NCBI GenBank assembly: GCA_947625435.1
Contig: CANQOI010000004.1
Span: 1 to 62,095 of the forward strand
DNA: 62,095 nt
Direction: 5' to 3'
From: an uncultured Clostridia bacterium
GTDB lineage: Bacteria > Bacillota > Clostridia > UBA1212 > UBA1255
The translations under genes and the position numbers were made by a program. The number at the start of each line of letters is the position of its first letter. The first letter of the stretch is position 1. The notes under the pieces are model-generated. The model made no database searches. It was not told where the DNA came from and was given only the letters and a program-made list of their open reading frames with translations. Shown in pieces: positions 17,253 through 28,289 of the stretch.

Positions 17253-19512
17253 CATTTTACAGTTAAAAGGAAGATTTGAACAAAGACCTAACAGTTCCAA
17301 ACCGGGACCGCCGAAACTTCCGAAGGGAAAAAGTGTGTCTTCATCACATCTTATTGAATTATCAGAACAATTGAAAAGAATTTTGCAATATTGGAAAACA
17401 AATACAGATATTAGTGGAGCTCTGGTTAGCGTACACTATACACATATTGTTGCAAAGAGTAATAGATTGAAGATTTTGTTGTCTGAGAATGGTAAATCTC
17501 CTGTGGAATCTATCAGAGGAGCTAAGTTTATCTGGGAACCGGATGAAGATGGTCAAGAGATACAAAAACATATATTCACTCATTATGTTTCAATCAAAGC
17601 GATTGAAAAAGCAATCGAAGTTTTGGATGAAACAATATCTGTTATTGAAAAATATTTTAATGGTACTATTACTGGTGATGAAACAGAAAAGATAGCAAAT
17701 ACACCGGCGGATAGATTTAGTGTTTTTTCCAAATCTAATTTTTTGAACGCTGTGGCGGATGGATTTTACGTTGAAAGTTTTGATATTGATCGAGCTGCAG
17801 AAGAGATAACAGAGGAATCTATTATAACAATTTATCAGACCGGGATTGAAACGAAGAAATTGTTGTCAAAGTTTGGAATTCATATCGTTGATGACCGTAT
17901 TATTGATAGCACTACATTAAGGCTTAATCCGGATGAAGCGAAACTGTTATATAATCGTGCTTCGTATCTGATTGCGATGAGTGTCACAGATTTTTCGCGG
18001 CTTACGAGAGACGAGGTATTTGAGGATAAGGCAGAGATCAGTGATGAAGAAAGTTTGATACCCCATCCGACTAACGAACCTGTAATAGGAGTTATTGATA
18101 CACAATTTAATGAAAAAGTGTATTTTCATGAGTGGGTAGAATATAGAAATATGCTTGATGAGAATATTCCATTGACTGCAAAAGATTATGAGCATGGAAC
18201 AGAGGTAAGTTACATCATTGTAGATGGTCCGAAAGGCAATCCGGAACTTGATGATGGGTGCGGTAGATTCCGAGTACGTCATTTTGGTGTTGCAACACAT
18301 AGAGGTTTCAGTTCATTTACCGTGTTAAAAATGATACGAAACATTGTTGCCTCAAACAGGGATATTAAGGTATGGAATTTATCATTAGGTTCGATACTCG
18401 AAATCAAGCCCAATTTTATTTCTCCGGAGGCAGCGGAACTTGATCGTATACAAAGTGATTATGATGTTATTTTTGTTGTTGCCGGGACAAATATTCCGGA
18501 TGGTGAAACAAAAAAGAATATGAAAATTGGATCGCCGGCAGATTCACTTAATTCTTTAGTAGTCAATGCTGTAGACTTTAAAGGAAAATCAGCATCTTAT
18601 ACTAGAGTTGGCCCTGTATTATCTTTTTTCCATAAGCCTGATATTAGTTATTATGGCGGAGACGGTTCTGATTATAGGGATAAAATAGTTGTATGTCGTG
18701 ATGATTTGGGAGCCGCATATGTAAGTGGAACTTCATTTGCAGCGCCGTGGATTTCAAGAAAACTGGCATATTTAATTTGTGTTATGGGATTGAGCAGAGA
18801 AGTCGCAAAAGCATTATTGATTGATGCTGCTGCGGGATGGAACAGAAAAGATGACGTTTCCCATAGTATCGGTTATGGCGTTGTTCCAAAACATATTCGT
18901 GACATTGTGAGAACATCGAATGATGAGATACGTTTTATTTTGACCGGTGCGTCAGAGGAATATGAGACATATACATATAACCTGCCAGTACCAATTGTAG
19001 ATAATGCGCATCCATTTTATGCAAGAGCAACATTAGTATATTTTCCACAATGTGATCGTAATCAAGGGGTCGATTATACAAGCACTGAAATGGACATACA
19101 CTTTGGCAGAGTTGTCATTGAAAACAGAAAAGCGACAATAAAACCAATAGATAACAATCAGCAATCTGAAAATAAGTTTATTACTCTTTATGAAGAAGAT
19201 GCAAGAAAAATGTATCGAAAATGGGATAATATCAAACATATTAGTGAGGAAATTAAAAAAAGAAGAATTCCAAGAAGAGCATATGACGCCGGCCTTTGGG
19301 GGCTTAGGATAAATACGAAAGAACGTTTGCAGAGACGAAAAGAACCACTTCAGTTTGGAGTAGTTATAACATTGAAGGAAATGAATGGCGTAAATCGTAT
19401 TGATGATTTTATCAAGATGTGTATGGCGCGTGGATGGCTGGTTAATCAATTGGACATTGAGAATCAGTTGGATGTATATGCAAAGGCAGAAGAAGATATT
19501 GTATTCGAGTAA
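17245..19512 (+). CDS. ietS: S8 (subtilisin-family) serine peptidase with ~280-aa unknown N-terminal region and ~200-aa C-terminal extension, IetS-like
   Basis: The triad contexts are intact: VIGVIDTQ (Asp285, nt 18097), EHGTEVS (His317, nt 18193) and GTSFAAPWIS (Ser497, nt 18733), with oxyanion WNLSLG. There is no signal peptide, so the protein is cytoplasmic. Confidence 0.65.
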   Translation: MNNILQLKGRFEQRPNSSKPGPPKLPKGKSVSSSHLIELSEQLKRILQYWKTNTDISGALVSVHYTHIVAKSNRLKILLSENGKSPVESIRGAKFIWEPDEDGQEIQKHIFTHYVSIKAIEKAIEVLDETISVIEKYFNGTITGDETEKIANTPADRFSVFSKSNFLNAVADGFYVESFDIDRAAEEITEESIITIYQTGIETKKLLSKFGIHIVDDRIIDSTTLRLNPDEAKLLYNRASYLIAMSVTDFSRLTRDEVFEDKAEISDEESLIPHPTNEPVIGVIDTQFNEKVYFHEWVEYRNMLDENIPLTAKDYEHGTEVSYIIVDGPKGNPELDDGCGRFRVRHFGVATHRGFSSFTVLKMIRNIVASNRDIKVWNLSLGSILEIKPNFISPEAAELDRIQSDYDVIFVVAGTNIPDGETKKNMKIGSPADSLNSLVVNAVDFKGKSASYTRVGPVLSFFHKPDISYYGGDGSDYRDKIVVCRDDLGAAYVSGTSFAAPWISRKLAYLICVMGLSREVAKALLIDAAAGWNRKDDVSHSIGYGVVPKHIRDIVRTSNDEIRFILTGASEEYETYTYNLPVPIVDNAHPFYARATLVYFPQCDRNQGVDYTSTEMDIHFGRVVIENRKATIKPIDNNQQSENKFITLYEEDARKMYRKWDNIKHISEEIKKRRIPRRAYDAGLWGLRINTKERLQRRKEPLQFGVVITLKEMNGVNRIDDFIKMCMARGWLVNQLDIENQLDVYAKAEEDIVFE

Positions 19513-19582
19513 TAATGTCGAAAAGAGGTATATGGGAATAAAAGGAAGTTATATGACGAATGATTTTAGGGCTGATAAAAAG

Positions 19583-21061
19583 TCACTTGTTTTTGCCAAC
19601 CTCGTCGTCGGTGGTGATGATCTGCGTATGCGTCTTTGAACTTGCAAATGCTTCAAGGTTTTTTATCCGTCGCTCGGCCAGCTCTGCGATGACACGGATG
19701 CGGTTTTCTTCCATATAATCTTTCGCGTTTTCGTCTGAGAGGATTTCCTTAATCATTTCACCGATGCCGGAAAGCGCGGTGAAGTCGATCCAGTCAAAAG
19801 ACGATACGAGCTTTAACTGCTCTTCGTGGCGTTTATTGAACGGTTTGCAGACGACCTCAGATCCGTCCCGCATCATCGGTACGCTTTTGTCATAGCCGAG
19901 AGACGACCCGCTGTCATAAATCGGCGCCATGCCGAGCCATTCAAGCGTTTCGGCGTTACGGATCGCGCCGAAGTTGTTCAGGTGCCTGTCTTCGTTTGCA
20001 ATAATATAGTCGAGCACGATCATACGATCCAAAAACGCTCTGACATCGGGAATTCCGAGCGCGTCCGTACAATCAATAAAGTGCTGATACATTGACTTGC
20101 TGTTTGGCTGTTTCCCGGTCTGAATGATCCGCCGCGCCGGGACAAGTTCGGTATCTTCGTTGATAAAATCCTCACATATGCTGTACGGTGCACCTTTATT
20201 CCACGTCACTGTATAAGGCACATGAGGGATATTCAGCCGCCGCATGATCTCAGATGCGATCACTTCGTTCAGCGGCTGCTGACGGTAAGGGTTAGAACCG
20301 CCTTTGACAAGGCATCGTTTGCCGTCAATGATTTTCCAACGCTTTTTCAGATTGCCGTCGGAGGTGCTGTCGGGCGAGGAGAAGTTCAGCGGATCAGGTT
20401 TTTTATCCGCGCCGAAAAGCACGTCGCCAATATCGTCGGAAAAATCATTCCGGAAGAAATTGATCTTTTCCCAAGTAAGTTCGGAGTTTTCCGGGAGGAT
20501 CCAATACTGATCTGAAAGGGAAAGACCAAAGCATCGGATCAAAAGCATTTTTGTATCGGTGATCTGAAGCGTTTCCATTGCTTCACGGACACCGGAGCGG
20601 CTTGCGGGGATTGAGCGATCCGTCCACCACGCGTTTAGCGCTGCGCGATCGACAATGCCTCTTTTTATGCCTACACCGACAGGCAGATGTTCGGGCGCAA
20701 AAATATCACCGATTTTCTGAATAAAACCGGTTCCGTTATCGAGGTTGAGTTCGACCGCGGGTGTGCATTTATGCATTAGGGTACACTTTAAAAAGCCGGT
20801 CTGCGGTTCAGACGAAGCTTTGCCTCCTGACTTGATTTCAGCCAGTTCTTTTTGCATTTTCTTTCGAAGCTCGATTTGTTCGGTGAGCCCGGCAATCTCT
20901 TCATCGCGGAGATAGCTGCTTTTCTTTACTCCGCCCTCAGACCACTGATGATAGAAATAAACGTTGCCGTTTACAGTCTTTTTTGAGATATAGCCTTTGG
21001 GGAGTTTACCGATATTTTCGGTTAATTCCGCTATTTTTTGTATTGTAGTATGATCCGACAT
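19583..21061 (-). CDS. HipA-like Ser/Thr kinase with an N-terminal ~90-aa extension (monocistronic)
   Basis: The C-terminal half carries IANEDRHLNNFG (the HipA catalytic D-x-H-x-x-N loop) and PIYDSGSSLG. The N-terminus reads KGYISKKTVNGNVYFYHQWSEGGVKKSSY. No hipB-like ORF lies upstream. Confidence 0.7.
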   Translation of the reverse strand: MSDHTTIQKIAELTENIGKLPKGYISKKTVNGNVYFYHQWSEGGVKKSSYLRDEEIAGLTEQIELRKKMQKELAEIKSGGKASSEPQTGFLKCTLMHKCTPAVELNLDNGTGFIQKIGDIFAPEHLPVGVGIKRGIVDRAALNAWWTDRSIPASRSGVREAMETLQITDTKMLLIRCFGLSLSDQYWILPENSELTWEKINFFRNDFSDDIGDVLFGADKKPDPLNFSSPDSTSDGNLKKRWKIIDGKRCLVKGGSNPYRQQPLNEVIASEIMRRLNIPHVPYTVTWNKGAPYSICEDFINEDTELVPARRIIQTGKQPNSKSMYQHFIDCTDALGIPDVRAFLDRMIVLDYIIANEDRHLNNFGAIRNAETLEWLGMAPIYDSGSSLGYDKSVPMMRDGSEVVCKPFNKRHEEQLKLVSSFDWIDFTALSGIGEMIKEILSDENAKDYMEENRIRVIAELAERRIKNLEAFASSKTHTQIITTDDEVGKNK

Positions 21062-21087
21062 GTATTAACCCCTTTCTTATCACCGAT

Positions 21088-21116
21088 ATTATACCCTTTT
21101 CTATACGTATTATCAA
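21088..21116 (-). promoter_or_regulatory. Sigma-A-type promoter of the HipA-like kinase gene
   Basis: The minus strand reads TTGATA - 17 nt - TATAAT, followed by an AAAGGGG SD and the ATG at 21061. Confidence 0.6.
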
Positions 21117-21192
21117 CAGAAATATTTTTGCGGCGCTTCACACCGGATGACGCTGTCACTTAAAGAGCTTTGAGATGCGATCACAAAAGGTC

Positions 21193-21221
21193 TTGATTAT
21201 CTGCCTGCCCCACGCTATACT
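21193..21221 (+). promoter_or_regulatory. Sigma-A-type promoter of abiEi
   Basis: TTGATT - 17 nt - TATACT, ~50 nt upstream of ATG 21271. Confidence 0.5.
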
Positions 21222-21270
21222 ACTATCGCCAATCAGTTTTCACGATCTGTAAGAGGAAAGTAACAGTGCG

Positions 21271-21876
21271 ATGACCAAAACCGAAATTGCAGGGAAAGTG
21301 TTAAATGACACCGGCGGTATAGCAAAAACCTCAGAGCTTCTTGCTGCCGGTCTCTATAAATCCGACATCGGAAAACTCGTAACCGACGGGCTGCTTGAGC
21401 GCATTCGTCACGGGTTTTATCAGCTTGCCGGAAACCTTGATATTACTGAAGCAGAGTATTTGTCCCGCCTCATCCCCGAAGGGATCGTCTGTGTGGAATC
21501 TGCTCTTTTTCATTACGGATATACCGATTTCACGCCCCGTGAGTGGTCCATCGCCGTTCCCCGCGCTGCCTCACAAACAAAACTGAAAACTGCGGGCGTC
21601 CCATTTAAAGCGTATTATATCCGGTCTGACGTTTATGAGCTTGGCAAAACAGAGACGGATTTTGACGGTACGATACTACCGATCTATGACAAAGAACGCA
21701 CGATTTGCGACTGTTTCAAATATCGCACAAAGCTTGACAGTGAACTGTTCGCCAAGGCGGTAAATGCCTATGCGAACGACAAGGAAAAAAATCTTGCGAA
21801 TCTCGGCAGGTATGCGAAAAAGCTTCGCGTTTATAAAAGGGTTGCCGATATGATGGAGGTGCTGCTGACCGGCTGA
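21271..21876 (+). CDS. abiEi: AbiEi-family antitoxin (type IV TA / abortive infection AbiE)
   Basis: 201 aa. It has an N-terminal wHTH (IAKTSELLAAGLYKSDIGKLVTDGLLERIRHGFY) and a C-terminal VESALFHYGYTD..YDKERTICDCFKY, typical of AbiEi. Confidence 0.75.
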   Translation: MTKTEIAGKVLNDTGGIAKTSELLAAGLYKSDIGKLVTDGLLERIRHGFYQLAGNLDITEAEYLSRLIPEGIVCVESALFHYGYTDFTPREWSIAVPRAASQTKLKTAGVPFKAYYIRSDVYELGKTETDFDGTILPIYDKERTICDCFKYRTKLDSELFAKAVNAYANDKEKNLANLGRYAKKLRVYKRVADMMEVLLTG

Positions 21877-21879
21877 TAT

Positions 21880-21975
21880 AGGCGCTTCGGTTCTTGCGAA
21901 ATGCAAAACGATTTTTACGGCAAAACGCTTACAGAGGCGATGGAAAAAACCTTTGCAAACGCGATCGCAGCATAA
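21880..21975 (+). pseudogene. Gutted AbiEii (nucleotidyltransferase toxin) remnant
   Basis: Only ~100 nt lie where a ~0.9 kb abiEii is expected. One frame reads GASVLAKCKT (like the AbiEii N-terminal ASVxARLxN). Another reads ..TLTEAMEKTFANA..* (like the AbiEii C-terminal TFxxR region). Confidence 0.4.
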
Positions 21976-22007
21976 CAGACCAAAATTAAACTGAAAGGGA
22001 TAAGAAT

Positions 22008-22486
22008 ATGAGTAAAGGAATAATCTGCATCATGACTACAGCGGTTCCCGGACTTATTAAGATCGGAAAGACCGGAACTGCAAATTACGAGCAGAGAATG
22101 TATGATCCGGAGCATGACGGCTACCGGAATGTTACTGCGTTGAAGTGCTCTTTTGCCATCGTGACACAGCTTTTATCTTCATTTGACGGCGTTGTGATAT
22201 TCCCGAAAACCGAAACGAAAGCCGAAGTGTTTGACGCGGCTGTGGATAACGCTAAAGGCAAATTGCTTCCGGACGGTACATATACATTTAAACGTAAAAA
22301 GAAATCTGATAATAAGGTTGTAACAGCTGCTGCTGTTATCGACTATGGAAGATGGACTTTGCTAAAGGGCAGCGTACCGGGTGTTGCTGAAGATGCCGGC
22401 GTATCGCAAAAAGCAAAAACACTCAGAATGAGTATGCCGACGGGATTACCCCACACAAAAATATTTAAAAACGGGAGAGTGACTTC

Positions 22487-22490
<4 letters not shown>
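22008..22490 (+). pseudogene. Decayed GIY-YIG (T5orf172-like) / DUF4357 gene
   Basis: The N-terminus GIICIMTTAVPGLIKIGKTG resembles the T5orf172/GIY-YIG start, but the domain is cut short. The middle, GRWTLLKGSV, is DUF4357-like. The 3' end runs into the start of the kinase gene (ATGA overlap). Confidence 0.4.
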
Positions 22491-24054
<1,564 letters not shown>

Positions 24055-24057
24055 AAA

Positions 24058-24894
24058 ATGCTTGCAAATCTGAATGACGTTTTAAAGCCGGCTCAGGCAG
24101 GACACTATGCGGTGGGCCTTTTCAATGCTATAGACGGTACGATGCTCGAAGCGGTGCTCACAGCCGCCGAACACCTGCGCGCGCCGGTCATAATCGGCAC
24201 GGCGGAGGCGCTTCTGAAATACGGCGAGCTCAGCCTGATAGCGCCGTCCATGATAGCGGCCGCATCGAGAGCGAGCGTACCGGTAGTGGTGCATTTTGAC
24301 CACGGACTTACATACGGGCGCTGCGTCGAGGCGCTTAAATTGGGTTTCACAAGTATAATGTTCGACGGCTCGGCGGGCACTTATGCGTATAATATCGAAA
24401 GAACGCGTGAAATAGTAAAAATGGCGCACGCATTCGGCGCCACCGTTGAGGGCGAGATCGGCCACGTGGGAGAGGCGGAAAATACCGACCAGAGCCGCGG
24501 AGATCTTTATACAACTCCTGAGGACGCGGTGCGTTATGCGGAGGATACGGGAGTGGACGCACTCGCGGTGGCGATAGGCACAGCCCACGGCGTATACAAG
24601 ACAACGCCGCATCTTGACATAGAACGCCTCGCCGCCATACGCAAGGCGCTTGACACGCCCCTTGTCCTCCACGGCGGCTCGGGCCTTTCAGACAGCGACT
24701 TCCGTGCCACGGTGCGCGAAGGCATCACTAAGATCAATATATTTACTGATCTTGATATAGCCGGCACAAAAGGCCAGCGCGCGGCGCTGGCTGAAAACAT
24801 GTCATACTGCGATGTGCGGAACACCGTACGCGAATATATCACAGAGGCGGCCATGCACAAAATAAAGCTGTTCGGTTCGGACGGCAAGGCGTAG
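24058..24894 (+). CDS. Class II ketose-bisphosphate aldolase (FbaA/GatY/KbaY family)
   Basis: GHYAVGLFNA, VVVHFDHG, EGEIGHVGE, AIGTAHG and LVLHGGSG motifs. Confidence 0.85.
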   Translation: MLANLNDVLKPAQAGHYAVGLFNAIDGTMLEAVLTAAEHLRAPVIIGTAEALLKYGELSLIAPSMIAAASRASVPVVVHFDHGLTYGRCVEALKLGFTSIMFDGSAGTYAYNIERTREIVKMAHAFGATVEGEIGHVGEAENTDQSRGDLYTTPEDAVRYAEDTGVDALAVAIGTAHGVYKTTPHLDIERLAAIRKALDTPLVLHGGSGLSDSDFRATVREGITKINIFTDLDIAGTKGQRAALAENMSYCDVRNTVREYITEAAMHKIKLFGSDGKA

Positions 24895-24919
24895 AGCTTG
24901 ACAGCTGACAGGTGCGCCG

Positions 24920-27900
24920 TCACTCAATATCGGTTATCTCGCCGTGAAGCTCCTGGAGCGACTTTACATCGCCGCTTCCGTGAACTCTTACGTAATTTAT
25001 GCCGCTCGCGCTGACCTTCGCAGCGGCTATCGTTGTCATATACGGTATTTTTGCCTTTATGGCCGCTTTGCGCAGGTAGCTGTCATCGTGAATGCTGCCC
25101 TTGCCCACAGGCGTATTGACGATCATATCGATCTTGCCGTTTGCTATGTGATCGAGTATGTTCGGACGGCCCTCGTAAAGCTTCTTCACCTTCTCGGCGG
25201 GTATGCCCGCGGCCGTTATGAGGTCACATGTGCCGCCTGTTGCCATGATACGGAAGCCGCATTCATTGAACATACGCGCAACATCTGCGACTTCTGCCTT
25301 ATCTCTGTCGTTTACCGAAATGAGCACGGTGCCCTTGAGCGGAAGCCCCGACTGAGAAGCCTCCTGAGTCTTGAAGAAGGCTTCGCCGTAGAATGCGGAG
25401 AGTCCCAGTACCTCGCCGGTCGAACGCATTTCCGGGCCCAATACGGGGTCAACCTCCGGGAACATGTTGAACGGGAAAACGGCCTCTTTGACACCGTAAT
25501 ACGGAATGTTCTGCTCCTTGAGAGCGGGAACGGGGGAGGGCCTTCCCGTGATCTCCGACGTTATAATGTCGGTCGCTAAAGGCACCATGCGTATGTTGCA
25601 GACCTTTGAAACGAGCGGCACCGTGCGCGAAGCGCGCGGGTTGGCTTCGAGTACGAATACCTTGCCGTTCTCTATGGCATACTGCATGTTCATAAGGCCT
25701 TTTACATGCATTTCCTCCGCTATTTTACGCGTATATTCTTTGATCGTTTTCACATGCTCCCGTGAAATATGGACCGAGGGTATGATGCACGCCGAGTCGC
25801 CCGAATGGATTCCCGCAAGCTCGATGTGCTCCATGACTGCGGGCACGAACGCATGTTCGCCGTCGCTTATGGCGTCCGCCTCGCATTCCGTGGCATGATT
25901 AAGAAAACGGTCTATGAGGATAGGCCTGTCGGGGGTTACATCTGAAGCCGCGTTCATATATTCGGTCATGCTTTCGTCATCGTAAACGACCTCCATGCCG
26001 CGTCCGCCGAGCACATAAGACGGACGCACCATAACGGGATAGCCGATATCCGCAGCTATCGAAAGAGCCTCCGGAACAGTGGACGCCATGCCCGATTCCG
26101 GCATCGGTATGTTCAGCTTGTCCATCATGGCGCGGAAGCGGTCGCGATCCTCCGCAAGATCTATGACTGAAGGCGAAGTTCCGAGTATCCTGACGCCGTT
26201 CTTTTCAAGATCGGCCGCAAGATTGAGAGGCGTCTGGCCGCCGAACTGAGCTATCACGCCGAGAGGCTTTTCCTTTCTGTATATACTCAGCACGTCTTCC
26301 AGCGTCAAAGGCTCGAAATACAGCTTGTCTGATGTGTCGTAATCCGTTGAAACGGTCTCGGGGTTGCAGTTTACTATTATGGTCTCAAATCCGAGCTTCT
26401 TGAGGGCGATCGCGGCGTGTACGCAGCAGTAATCGAATTCTATGCCCTGACCTATCCTGTTCGGGCCGCCGCCTAATATCATGATCTTGGGCTTGTCGCA
26501 GCTGACGGGGTTCTTATCCGGGGCATTGTATGTGGAGTAGTAGTAGGCGCTGTCTTCGGTGCCGCTCACATGTACGCCCTCCCAGGATTCGCTGATCCCG
26601 AGCGTTTCGCGGTGCGAGCGTATATCATCCTCCGGCACATTTAATATCATACTCAGATACTTGTCTGAAAATCCGTCCTTCTTTGCCGCAATGAGAAGTT
26701 CGTCGGGAGGCAGCGTTCCCTTATATCCGAGAAGCTTTTCTTCCTCGTTTACGAGCTCTCTCATCTGCTCTATGAACCATATTTTCACGTGTGTTAATCT
26801 GTTTATCTCTTCGGGAGTCGCGCCTTTTCTGAGAGCCTCATACATTATGAAATGACGCTCGCTCGACGGCACCGTGAGCATGCTCAGAAGCTGCTCCTTG
26901 GAGAGAGTGTCGAAATTTTTTGCGTGACCGAGGCCGTAGCGGCCTGTTTCAAGAGAACGTATGGCCTTCTGGAAGGCTTCTTTATACGTTTTACCGATGC
27001 TCATGACCTCGCCCACGGCGCGCATCTGAGTCCCCAGCCTGTCCTGAACGCCCTTGAATTTTTCAAACGCCCAACGCGCGAATTTTATAACAACATAATC
27101 GCCGTCCGGGACATATCTGTCCAGAGTCCCGTATTTGCCGCAGGGTATGTCTTTAAGTGTCAGACCGCACGCGAGCATGGCCGAAACGAGAGCGATGGGA
27201 AAGCCCGTCGCCTTGGAAGCAAGAGCCGATGAACGCGATGTGCGCGGATTTATCTCTATCACGACGATCCTGTCTGTCTTGGGGTCATGGGCGAACTGTA
27301 CGTTTGTGCCGCCTATTACCTGCACGGATTCAACTATTTTGTATGCCTGCTCCTGAAGCCTCTTCTGCACATCCTTCGAGATCGTGAGCATAGGTGCGGA
27401 GCAGAATGAATCTCCGGTGTGGACTCCCATGGGGTCTATGTTCTCGATAAAGCACACCGTTATCATATTGTTTTCGGCGTCGCGCACCACCTCCAGCTCG
27501 AGCTCCTCCCAGCCGAGCACCGATTCCTCAACGAGCACCTGCCCTACGAGGCTCGCCTGAAGTCCTCTCGCGCAGACCGTGCGGAGCTCCTCACGGTTGT
27601 ACACGAGTCCGCCGCCGGCGCCTCCCATAGTGTAAGCGGGGCGGAGCACTACGGGATATCCCAGTCTGTCCGCTATGTCGAGCGCTTCTTCGACGCTGTA
27701 TGAGACCTCGCTCCCGGCCATTTCTATGCCCAGCGCGTTCATGGCCTTCTTGAATTCTATCCTGTCCTCGCCGCGTTCAATGGCGTCGGCCTGCACGCCT
27801 ATTATTTTCACGTTATATTTCTGTAAAATGCCCTTCTTGTTGAGCTCCGCGCACAGATTGAGTCCCGACTGTCCTCCGAGATTGGGGAGCAGCGCATCCG

Positions 27901-28147
27901 GGCGCTCCTTCGCTATGATCTGTTCGAGTCTCGTCACATTAAGGGGCTCTATATATGTCACATCCGCTGTTTCGGGATCGGTCATGATCGTTGCGGGATT
28001 GGAATTGACGAGCACGATCTCATATCCGAGCTTTCTGAGCGCCTTGCAGGCCTGTGTGCCGGAATAGTCAAATTCACACGCCTGACCTATTATTATGGGT
28101 CCGGAGCCTATTATGAGTACCTTGTGAATATCTGTTCTTTTGGGCAT
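24920..28147 (-). CDS. carB: Carbamoyl-phosphate synthase large subunit
   Basis: 1075 aa with duplicated ATP-grasp halves (KVLIIGSGPIIIGQACEFDYSG and KIMILGGGPNRIGQGIEFDYC) and a C-terminal MGS-like domain. Confidence 0.95.
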   Translation of the reverse strand: MPKRTDIHKVLIIGSGPIIIGQACEFDYSGTQACKALRKLGYEIVLVNSNPATIMTDPETADVTYIEPLNVTRLEQIIAKERPDALLPNLGGQSGLNLCAELNKKGILQKYNVKIIGVQADAIERGEDRIEFKKAMNALGIEMAGSEVSYSVEEALDIADRLGYPVVLRPAYTMGGAGGGLVYNREELRTVCARGLQASLVGQVLVEESVLGWEELELEVVRDAENNMITVCFIENIDPMGVHTGDSFCSAPMLTISKDVQKRLQEQAYKIVESVQVIGGTNVQFAHDPKTDRIVVIEINPRTSRSSALASKATGFPIALVSAMLACGLTLKDIPCGKYGTLDRYVPDGDYVVIKFARWAFEKFKGVQDRLGTQMRAVGEVMSIGKTYKEAFQKAIRSLETGRYGLGHAKNFDTLSKEQLLSMLTVPSSERHFIMYEALRKGATPEEINRLTHVKIWFIEQMRELVNEEEKLLGYKGTLPPDELLIAAKKDGFSDKYLSMILNVPEDDIRSHRETLGISESWEGVHVSGTEDSAYYYSTYNAPDKNPVSCDKPKIMILGGGPNRIGQGIEFDYCCVHAAIALKKLGFETIIVNCNPETVSTDYDTSDKLYFEPLTLEDVLSIYRKEKPLGVIAQFGGQTPLNLAADLEKNGVRILGTSPSVIDLAEDRDRFRAMMDKLNIPMPESGMASTVPEALSIAADIGYPVMVRPSYVLGGRGMEVVYDDESMTEYMNAASDVTPDRPILIDRFLNHATECEADAISDGEHAFVPAVMEHIELAGIHSGDSACIIPSVHISREHVKTIKEYTRKIAEEMHVKGLMNMQYAIENGKVFVLEANPRASRTVPLVSKVCNIRMVPLATDIITSEITGRPSPVPALKEQNIPYYGVKEAVFPFNMFPEVDPVLGPEMRSTGEVLGLSAFYGEAFFKTQEASQSGLPLKGTVLISVNDRDKAEVADVARMFNECGFRIMATGGTCDLITAAGIPAEKVKKLYEGRPNILDHIANGKIDMIVNTPVGKGSIHDDSYLRKAAIKAKIPYMTTIAAAKVSASGINYVRVHGSGDVKSLQELHGEITDIE

Positions 28148-28256
28148 ATGCGTATCCTCCTGATCTGTAGATGTCCTTCGCGGAGATCTTACTTCTAAAT
28201 TATATAAATAATTCTTAAAAGTACAAGATTTTTTTAGGTGAGGGCGCTATACGGTG

Positions 28257-28285
28257 TTGACTTGAAAAGTGATGTATGGTATCAT
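28257..28285 (+). promoter_or_regulatory. Sigma-A promoter of the infC-rpmI-rplT operon
   Basis: TTGACT - 17 nt - TATCAT with TG at the extended -10 position. Confidence 0.6.
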
Positions 28286-28289
28286 GCAA

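Noticed and set aside
19400-19639. 79-aa ORF spanning the convergent junction between the S8 protease and the HipA-like gene, considered as a candidate antitoxin
   Set aside because: It overlaps the 3' ends of both flanking genes, lacks an SD, and is in the wrong position (downstream of both genes) to be a co-transcribed antitoxin.
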